Source of the DNA: Candidatus Stoquefichus sp. SB1
Lineage (GTDB): Bacteria; Bacillota_I; Bacilli_A; Erysipelotrichales; Coprobacillaceae
Assembly (NCBI RefSeq): GCF_001244545.1
Contig: NZ_LN852693.1
Coordinates: forward strand, 288,656-320,655
DNA: 32,000 bases
Reading direction: 5' to 3'
Shown here piece by piece: positions 25,629-32,000 of the stretch. The notes beneath the pieces were generated by a model. The model was not told where the DNA came from and did no database searches. It saw only the letters and a list, made by a program, of their open reading frames with translations. How positions within the stretch are numbered: the stretch's first letter is position 1; each line of letters starts with the position of its first letter. The translations under genes and the position numbers were made by a program.

Positions 25629-26309
25629 TTAATGAAATAAGTTTTCAAATTGATTAAAATTCATTTCATTTGAAAAATCATTTATGCGACCATATTCAGA
25701 CCTAATGATAATATTTTTAGAATTGACCTTATATTCTTTTTCAATTGTTCCATCCGTATTCATAAGCTGAGACTCTAATTTTAACTCATTATTTGTTATA
25801 GAAACCATGAAAGGATAAACAGCACCATAATAATTATGTTGAGTGGGTTCATTATTTAAGAATAAAATATATTCTTTATTTAAATCAGGTTCAATATAGG
25901 TTTGATCCAATGCAATAACTTTTGGTGTGTTTTTATTAATATCAGCCATGTCAGGAATATCATTATGAGCTGTATAATAAATTGTTTCACTATACCTTTG
26001 ATTAACCTGAATATTTGATACATTTTTAGCAAGCCCTTTATAGATATGAGTGATTTCAAAATTGTAAACACGTCCTATTGTCTCATATATATCACTTGGG
26101 TTGTCATCAATATCTCTTGCCATATTCCATTCATGGCTAAATTTAGTAAAATGACCTTTAACAACAACCTCACTTTGAGTAATTAAATCAGTATATGAAT
26201 TAGCAATAGGTAAATCAAATTTACTAACGATAACTTGTGGCTTATATAATAAATATATGGCAAAACATAAGACAAATAATATTGGAATAAAATATTTTAA
26301 TTTTTTCAT
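25629..26309 (-). CDS. Hypothetical membrane-anchored or secreted protein (cassette cargo)
   Basis: 226 aa. N-terminal signal-anchor MKKLKYFIPILFVLCFAIYLLY, then an Asn/Tyr-rich extracytoplasmic region in which I recognise no motif. AGGTGA SD. 8 nt downstream of the metzincin reading frame. Confidence 0.6.
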   Translation of the reverse strand: MKKLKYFIPILFVLCFAIYLLYKPQVIVSKFDLPIANSYTDLITQSEVVVKGHFTKFSHEWNMARDIDDNPSDIYETIGRVYNFEITHIYKGLAKNVSNIQVNQRYSETIYYTAHNDIPDMADINKNTPKVIALDQTYIEPDLNKEYILFLNNEPTQHNYYGAVYPFMVSITNNELKLESQLMNTDGTIEKEYKVNSKNIIIRSEYGRINDFSNEMNFNQFENLFH

Positions 26310-26317
26310 ACTCTCAC

Positions 26318-26842
26318 CTACTTATATAAAGATTTTACTCGACTAATATCGATACTTTGTGGTGTGTATAGACTGCCTCTATTTCTATTACCATTCATAA
26401 TTGAAGTCCCCGAAGTCAAATCGTCCAATCCCCATGAATGACCCAATTCATGAGTAGCCGTACTTCTTGCCACATTTGTTGAATAAACTTTGCTATTACC
26501 AATATTCACTCTTGCTAAATATGATGTCATAGTTTCCCATATGTTGACTGGATAATTAATTTAACCGTATAAAGTTGAACTTGTTTCTTTCATAAGTCCT
26601 TGTTTATAATTACTGTCAGACATATAGTAATATGTAACACCCACCAAAGATGTCCATGAGCTTCTTGCTTGATTCCACGCTGTCTGTAAACTATTATCCA
26701 TACTCATAGAAGAATCCCAACGATAAGAAGTTGCAAATGCAGGTAATTTTTGTCCTAATTCCCAATCAGCAGCAACAATAGAAATATTAAACAAACATAA
26801 AGTAAATATAATTATAAAGAGTTTTAACTTTTTAAATTTCAT
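26318..26842 (-). pseudogene. Small secreted metzincin zinc metalloprotease (HExxHxxGxxD, snapalysin/matrixin-like) interrupted by one in-frame TAA
   Basis: Track ORFs 26561..26884 and 26318..26530 are in the same frame, separated only by TAA at 26561-26563 (...SSTLYG*INYPVNIWETMTSYLARV...). The upstream part has signal peptide MKFKKLKLFIIIFTLCLFNISIVAA from ATG 26842 (AAAGGAG SD). The downstream part has THELGHSWGLDD (26420-26452) plus a Met-turn candidate TSIMNG. Confidence 0.7.
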
Positions 26843-26882
26843 ATAACTCCTTTCCAAACCCCTTATATCTCTTTCTAATTTC

Positions 26883-26891
26883 ATTATATCA
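26883..26891 (-). promoter_or_regulatory. Extended -10 promoter (TGATATAAT) for the cassette genes
   Basis: Minus strand TGATATAAT lies about 40 nt upstream of ATG 26842. No clear -35 in an A/T-rich upstream tract. Confidence 0.4.
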
Positions 26892-26990
26892 TTATTTTAA
26901 TAAAAATTATGGAATTCATATAGAATTTTACATATTTTTATCATTTTATATGACAATCATCAATTGAATAAATACTCAAAGTTGTATTTT

Positions 26991-27026
26991 AAAACGTATA
27001 AATCTATGACAAGATTTATACGTTTT
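26991..27026 (-). terminator. 15-bp perfect inverted repeat with 6-nt spacer, abutting repeat copy B (new polC terminator and/or recombination core site)
   Basis: AAAACGTATAAATCT (26991-27005) - ATGACA - AGATTTATACGTTTT (27012-27026). Begins 8 nt after the polC stop and ends exactly where the 74-bp repeat starts. A/T runs on both sides. Confidence 0.6.
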
Positions 27027-27100
27027 ATATTTTTCTACAAATCAAATAAAGACAGCTGATTTTCATCAGACATATTCTCAAAGACACCAATTTTTGTTAA
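27027..27100 (-). repeat. Direct repeat copy B: functional polC 3' end
   Basis: See copy A. Covers 8 nt downstream of the stop, the TAG stop (27035-27037) and the last 21 polC codons. Confidence 0.9.
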
Positions 27101-30100
27101 GAAGTCAATTTGGTTATTCGTCAGTTTTGTCCTTTTTGTGACATCTTCTTTAGATAAGAAAGAATTGTGTTTACGGGCTTCAATCACACTATCACCTACT
27201 GAAGCACCCAAACCATCTATAGAAGTAAATGGTGGCAATAAACCTTGAGGATCATCTGGATCTAATATAAAATTACGTGAATCAGATTTCTCTAAAGAAA
27301 TATTATTAAAATGAATATCTCTTTCATACATTTCTAAAGCAATTTCAAAAACAGAAATCAATGCTTCTTCCTTATTAGAAATTTTTACACCATTTTGTTT
27401 ATCAGATAAAATCTGTTGATATCTTGCCAGAATAGATTCTTTACCTTGAATCATAATTTCAATATCATATGCATCACAGCGTGTTGTAAAATAGACTGCA
27501 TAATATTCTCGAGGATAATAAAGTTTCCACCATGCCACACGAATGGCACTCAATACATAAGCAGCCGCATGTGCTTTAGGGAACATGTATTTAATTTTCT
27601 TACATGATTCAATATACCAAGAAGGAACATCATGCTCACGCATTAATTCTTCATATTTCTTTTCTGGGAATACAGCAGGTGACTTCCCTTTACGTACACA
27701 TTCCATAATATCAAAGGCATCTTTATTAGGCAATCCTTTTTCAATTAGATAAACCATGATATCATCACGACATCCAATAACCTCTTTTAATGTACATGTT
27801 CCAGAACTAATTAAGGTTTCAGCATTTCCTAAATAAACATCTGTTCCGTGTGATAAACCAGAAAGAATAACCAAATCGCTAAATGATGTTGGATGTGTTT
27901 GTTCAAGCATTCCGCGGACAAACTTTGTACCAAATTCGGGTAATCCTAAAGCCCCTGTTTTACAGTTCAAATAACTTAAATCTATACCTAATGCCTCAGT
28001 TGAATTAAAAAGACTCATAACACGAGGATCATTAGTTGGAATATCTTTTGGATTCACACCAGTTAAATCCTGAAGCATCCTAATCACAGTTGGATCAACA
28101 TGACCCAATATATCAAATTTCAAGACATTATCATGAATCGCATGGAAATCAAAATGAGTGGTTTTCCATTCAGCGCTTAAATCATCAGCTGGATATTGAT
28201 AAGGTGTAAAATCATAGACATCCATATTTTCCGGAATAACAATAATTCCTCCTGGATGCTGACCAGTCGTTCTTTTCACACCTGTACATCCTTTAGCAAT
28301 TCTTTCAAGTTCAGCTGCTCGAATAGTATTTTCTTTTCCCATTAATTCAGCATATCCCTTGGCATATCCATACGCTGTCTTTTCTGCTACAGTTGAAATT
28401 GTTCCAGCTCGATAGACATGGCTTTCTCCAAAAATCTCTTTTGTATAAGCATGTGCTGTTGGCTGATAATCCCCAGAGAAATTTAAGTCAATATCAGGAA
28501 CCTTATCTGCATTAAATCCCAAGAAAGTTTCAAATGGAATATTATGTCCATCTCCTTTTAATGGTTTTCCACAGACAGGACAAACTTTATCTGGTAAATC
28601 AAATCCATTCGCAATATATCCTTCTGGTAAAAACTCATTGTACTGACAATGCGGACAATAATAATGTGGAGGCAATGGATTCACTTCAGATATGTCAGCC
28701 ATTGTTGCAACAAACGAAGAACCAACTGAACCACGGCTTCCTACAAGATAACCAGCATCATTTGATTTTTTAACCAATTTATGAGCAATATAATAAATAA
28801 CGCCAAATCCATGTTTGATAATATTATCTAATTCCTTTGACAGACGCTTTTCAACAATATCAGGTAAAACCTCCCCATATTGTTTATGAGCATTTTCAAA
28901 ACACAATTTTCTTAAATTTTCATCTGCATTATCAATATGTGGCGTAAATAATTTATCATGAACAACATGAAAATCACCATCAATCATATCAGCAATCTTA
29001 TTGGTATTTTCTATAACATATTCATATTTTTCATTATCATTTAAATAGTCAAGAGAATCCATCATTTCTTGGGTTGTTCGAAGGTATTCATCTGGCGTCC
29101 AAGCCATAGGATTATTACGATCAGTCAAAGGATGTAATGTTCCTCCCAGCCCTATTTTTGGGTTACATGTGAATACATCACGGAAAATTTTATCTTTTTG
29201 ATCAACATAATGAACATCACCTGTCGCAACAATCAATTTTCCCATTTCTTTAGCTGTATCAACAATACGACGTAATATACGCTTTAAATCATCTTCTGTA
29301 TCAACACGTCCTCTTTCTACAAAATAACGGCAGATATCAAATGGTAAGATTTCAATATAATCATAAAATGCCATAGCCGCTTTTAATTCATCAATACTTC
29401 TTGTCATAGCCAATTCAAAAATTTCTGAATTGTAACATCCACTTCCAAACAATAAACCTTCACGATAAAATTCTAAGCGTTCACGTGGTATACGTGATGT
29501 TTTTTGATAATATGTTGTATTGGCTTCAGAAACGAGCTTAAACATATTCTTTAAACCTGTTTTATTTTTGGCAAGTACACACATATGTTTTGGTCTAACA
29601 ATCTTATATGCGTCTTCACATTCCATTGCATTCATATCTAAAAGATTGTATTTTTGGTTTTGCATCATATCATGTAACATCATGTTAAAAACACCTGCAA
29701 GAACTTCGGCATCATAATCAGCACGATGGGCCTCATCACCATCATAAGCAATACGATAATTACGGGCAACATTTCCTAAACGATATCCTTTAAGTTGTGG
29801 TAATAGTTTCCATGCTAATGTCAAGGAATCGACAGCTGGGTTTTTTAATTTTTGATAGCCATGTCGCTGTAAAATTTCATTTAAAAATCCAACATCAAAA
29901 GTTGCATTATGGGCAACAATAACATCATCACCAAAGAAATCTAAGATTTTTGGAATGAATTCTTCTATTGTTGGTGCATTTTTTACATCTTCATTTGTGA
30001 TATGTGTTAAATTCGTGATTTTTTGTGAGATGCGCTTATTCGGTTTAATTAAGCTTTGAATACGACCAATCTCTTGACCATTTTTAATACGTACTGCACC

Positions 30101-31351
30101 AAATTCAGTAATATCATCATCCATTACAGAAAGTCCTGTTGTTTCAAGGTCAAAAGAAACAAATGTCATGTCCTTTAAAGAAACATCTTTCTCATTATAA
30201 ACAACTGTAAATGATGGATCAATCATATACATTTCTACACCATAAATCATCTTAATCTTATTTTTGATACTTGCCATCTGGGCCTCAGGAAACGACTGAA
30301 CATTTCCATGATCTGTTACAGCAATAGCAGAATGTCCCCAAAAAGCAGCACGTGATATGTAATCGCTAATTGTTCCTATACCATCCATGGCAGACATTTT
30401 AGAGTGAACATGAAGTTCAACACGTTTTTTATCTGCATTGTCTTGTCTCACTTTAGGGGTAGGAATAATTTCTACTTCTCTTGCAATAATAACGGTATCT
30501 TTAGCAAAGGTATCATATTCAACATTGCCTTTAATTCTAACCCACATTCCACCTTTTTTAACTTTATTTAATTCTTCAAGGCTATTAGCTCCTTTATTTT
30601 CAAAACGTTTAACCACAATACTATTAGTATAATCAGTCACATACAATGATTGAATTGTCTTGCCTGTCTTTACTTTTTTAGAATCTTCTTTAAACACATA
30701 TCCTTGGATCATAACTTCTTTCACTGTTTCATCAATTTCATCAATAGTTAAAGAAAAATAATCTTTTTTATAACTTTGATATTTAGGCTTTTTGTCAACC
30801 ACAGTTTCCTCTACCTGATCAAAAGTCTGACTATCAACTTGAACCTCGTTTAAAGCATTCATTTCCTCTTGAATTGACTGATAAATCTCATTGTTATGAT
30901 CAATATAAGCATTGAAACCAATTTGAATACCAAACTTATTAAAATATTTATCAAATATTTTATAAAGATGCTGTAATTGACTTAATTGTATCTCATTAAG
31001 AACTTCAATATTTAAAGTATTCTCTTCAAAAGATAAACTTTCTTCTTTAATAAACTCAAGTTGAGGAAAACGACTTTTTAAACCATTAAAAATAAACAAT
31101 GCATATTCTTTTACATCTGTTGGTGTATAAGATGACATCCAGTCAAAAATAAAATCACATGGATATGGAAATTCTTTTTTAGCTGAAAAAAGAACCCTTA
31201 TTTCATTTAAAGGAACAATATGTGATGCAACAACATAAAACACATATGAATTATCTGCATTCACAATAACTTTTTCAATATTGGCCTGTTTTAATTCAAC
31301 AACTTCATCTTCTAAATGCAGTTGCTGAAGCAAAATTAACATTTTATTCAT
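27035..31351 (-). CDS. polC: DNA polymerase III, PolC-type (alpha subunit with intrinsic 3'-5' exonuclease)
   Basis: 1438 aa with an OB domain, a PHP domain (HVHSKMSAMDG), a DEDDh exonuclease insert (FVSFDLETTGL...HRADYDA), a Zn-finger (CPHC...CPVC), the polymerase core and a C-terminal QLSLFDL. GGGAGGA SD. Confidence 0.97.
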   Translation of the reverse strand: MNKMLILLQQLHLEDEVVELKQANIEKVIVNADNSYVFYVVASHIVPLNEIRVLFSAKKEFPYPCDFIFDWMSSYTPTDVKEYALFIFNGLKSRFPQLEFIKEESLSFEENTLNIEVLNEIQLSQLQHLYKIFDKYFNKFGIQIGFNAYIDHNNEIYQSIQEEMNALNEVQVDSQTFDQVEETVVDKKPKYQSYKKDYFSLTIDEIDETVKEVMIQGYVFKEDSKKVKTGKTIQSLYVTDYTNSIVVKRFENKGANSLEELNKVKKGGMWVRIKGNVEYDTFAKDTVIIAREVEIIPTPKVRQDNADKKRVELHVHSKMSAMDGIGTISDYISRAAFWGHSAIAVTDHGNVQSFPEAQMASIKNKIKMIYGVEMYMIDPSFTVVYNEKDVSLKDMTFVSFDLETTGLSVMDDDITEFGAVRIKNGQEIGRIQSLIKPNKRISQKITNLTHITNEDVKNAPTIEEFIPKILDFFGDDVIVAHNATFDVGFLNEILQRHGYQKLKNPAVDSLTLAWKLLPQLKGYRLGNVARNYRIAYDGDEAHRADYDAEVLAGVFNMMLHDMMQNQKYNLLDMNAMECEDAYKIVRPKHMCVLAKNKTGLKNMFKLVSEANTTYYQKTSRIPRERLEFYREGLLFGSGCYNSEIFELAMTRSIDELKAAMAFYDYIEILPFDICRYFVERGRVDTEDDLKRILRRIVDTAKEMGKLIVATGDVHYVDQKDKIFRDVFTCNPKIGLGGTLHPLTDRNNPMAWTPDEYLRTTQEMMDSLDYLNDNEKYEYVIENTNKIADMIDGDFHVVHDKLFTPHIDNADENLRKLCFENAHKQYGEVLPDIVEKRLSKELDNIIKHGFGVIYYIAHKLVKKSNDAGYLVGSRGSVGSSFVATMADISEVNPLPPHYYCPHCQYNEFLPEGYIANGFDLPDKVCPVCGKPLKGDGHNIPFETFLGFNADKVPDIDLNFSGDYQPTAHAYTKEIFGESHVYRAGTISTVAEKTAYGYAKGYAELMGKENTIRAAELERIAKGCTGVKRTTGQHPGGIIVIPENMDVYDFTPYQYPADDLSAEWKTTHFDFHAIHDNVLKFDILGHVDPTVIRMLQDLTGVNPKDIPTNDPRVMSLFNSTEALGIDLSYLNCKTGALGLPEFGTKFVRGMLEQTHPTSFSDLVILSGLSHGTDVYLGNAETLISSGTCTLKEVIGCRDDIMVYLIEKGLPNKDAFDIMECVRKGKSPAVFPEKKYEELMREHDVPSWYIESCKKIKYMFPKAHAAAYVLSAIRVAWWKLYYPREYYAVYFTTRCDAYDIEIMIQGKESILARYQQILSDKQNGVKISNKEEALISVFEIALEMYERDIHFNNISLEKSDSRNFILDPDDPQGLLPPFTSIDGLGASVGDSVIEARKHNSFLSKEDVTKRTKLTNNQIDFLTKIGVFENMSDENQLSLFDL

Positions 31352-31391
31352 ACAATTCCTCCCGCAATTTGAAAAGGGATATAATCATCCC

Positions 31392-32000
31392 TTATCCAAA
31401 CATTCTCGATATATCTTGATATGTGACAAAAACCATTAAAAGCATAACAAGGCCTAAACCTACCATCTGCAATCCTAATCTCAACTTACTAGGAATTTCA
31501 CGTCCAATCATTTTTTCAACCAACGCAAAGAGCACCTGACATCCATCAAGTCCAGGAATAGGCATAAGATTAAAAATACCAACATTCACGGAAAGTAATG
31601 CTAATAAGTTTAATAAATAAGCCACTTGCCCTGTCTCAGTCACCTGAGCAGTAATTTGATATATTCCAGCTGGACCAGATAATTGTGTCACTGTCTGAGA
31701 AAATTTAGTAACCAATTGCCCTAAAGCCGAAAAAATAGCCATACTCATAGTTCCTAAAGAAACAAAAGTATATTGGAATGATTCAGCAATATTCATATGA
31801 CGTGTTGCTTGTGTTATTCCTAATTTATATTTTCCATCATCTTGATTATAATTGACTTTGACATCAACAACTTCCTTTGCTTCACCACGTAAAACAGTTA
31901 CCTTTAAATTTAAAGTTTGTGAAGTTGTTTTTAAATAATCCTGAGTTAATTGAAGATCATCAAAATTAGAAACCAATAATGTTTGACCTGTTTCTTGCAC
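31392..32000 (-). CDS. rseP: RIP (site-2) zinc metalloprotease RseP/YluC family, C-terminal part; gene continues beyond the right edge
   Basis: PDZ-region remnant and C-terminal TM helices with the NLMPIPGLDG motif (the LDG third ligand region of S2P proteases). Located upstream of polC as in B. subtilis, except that proS is absent here. Confidence 0.85.
   Translation of the reverse strand: MQETGQTLLVSNFDDLQLTQDYLKTTSQTLNLKVTVLRGEAKEVVDVKVNYNQDDGKYKLGITQATRHMNIAESFQYTFVSLGTMSMAIFSALGQLVTKFSQTVTQLSGPAGIYQITAQVTETGQVAYLLNLLALLSVNVGIFNLMPIPGLDGCQVLFALVEKMIGREIPSKLRLGLQMVGLGLVMLLMVFVTYQDISRMFG

Larger units (their letters stand above)
25452..27100 (-). mobile_element. Putative non-autonomous integrated cassette (CIME-like) at the polC 3' end: DR-A, 1501 bp unique DNA, DR-B
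   Basis: 74-bp direct repeats flank DNA that interrupts the otherwise conserved polC-rimP adjacency. The cassette has its own promoter, palindrome/terminator and two cargo genes. No integrase or transposase is present. Confidence 0.45.

Noticed and set aside
31369-31391. GGGAT-GATTAT-ATCCC hairpin followed by TTTTCAAATT, between rseP and polC
   Set aside because: The 5-bp stem is too weak to call a terminator with confidence. It may slightly attenuate read-through, but I do not list it as a feature.
1-32000. CRISPR arrays, tRNA/rRNA genes, riboswitch or T-box leaders, integrase/transposase genes
   Set aside because: No regularly spaced repeats and no cloverleaf-capable GC-rich segments were seen. 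No intergenic region is long and structured enough for a known leader RNA, and no ORF carries recombinase motifs. This was a by-eye scan only, so small ncRNAs cannot be excluded.

Overview
AT-rich Bacillota (Firmicutes) chromosomal segment in which every credible gene lies on the minus strand; all plus-strand track ORFs look like shadow ORFs. Transcription runs from high to low coordinates: rseP' - polC - [1.5 kb cassette] - rimP-nusA-ylxR-ylxQ-infB-rbfA - SDR oxidoreductase - nagA, aldose epimerase, Cse60-like, DUF1540 - lipoprotein, pseudouridine synthase, trmB, ytpP-like thioredoxin, ytpR-like tRNA-binding protein, E/K-rich protein, acpS - tail-less SSB - lepA - class B PBP - rpmG - MBL hydrolase - comGA-GG plus a 50-aa ORF - efp - lone SpoIIIAH-like gene - asp23 - nusB - xseA - xseB - ispA'. 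Gene order mirrors the B. subtilis yqg/yqh/yqi, ytp and ylx regions. The track takes the longest ORF and accepts TTG/GTG starts, so I re-set several starts from SD spacing. I also hand-translated five genes the track missed: ispA', rpmG, DUF1540, Cse60-like and the post-comGG ORF. The main non-core signal is a ~1.5 kb cassette between polC and rimP. It is bracketed by a 74-bp direct duplication (72/74) of the polC 3' end, including the C-terminal QLSLF clamp-binding codons. It carries its own promoter, a 15-6-15 perfect palindrome, a small metzincin gene broken by one in-frame TAA, and an orphan membrane-anchored protein, but no recombinase. Secondary signals: a CGTATATA box shared by the comG and tail-less SSB upstream regions; a ComGF prepilin motif reachable only from an ATT start; sporulation relics (SpoIIIAH-like, Cse60-like); and a hyperacidic NusA tail. 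No tRNA, rRNA or CRISPR array was seen. All homology calls come from reading motifs and recalled family sequences; no database search was run.
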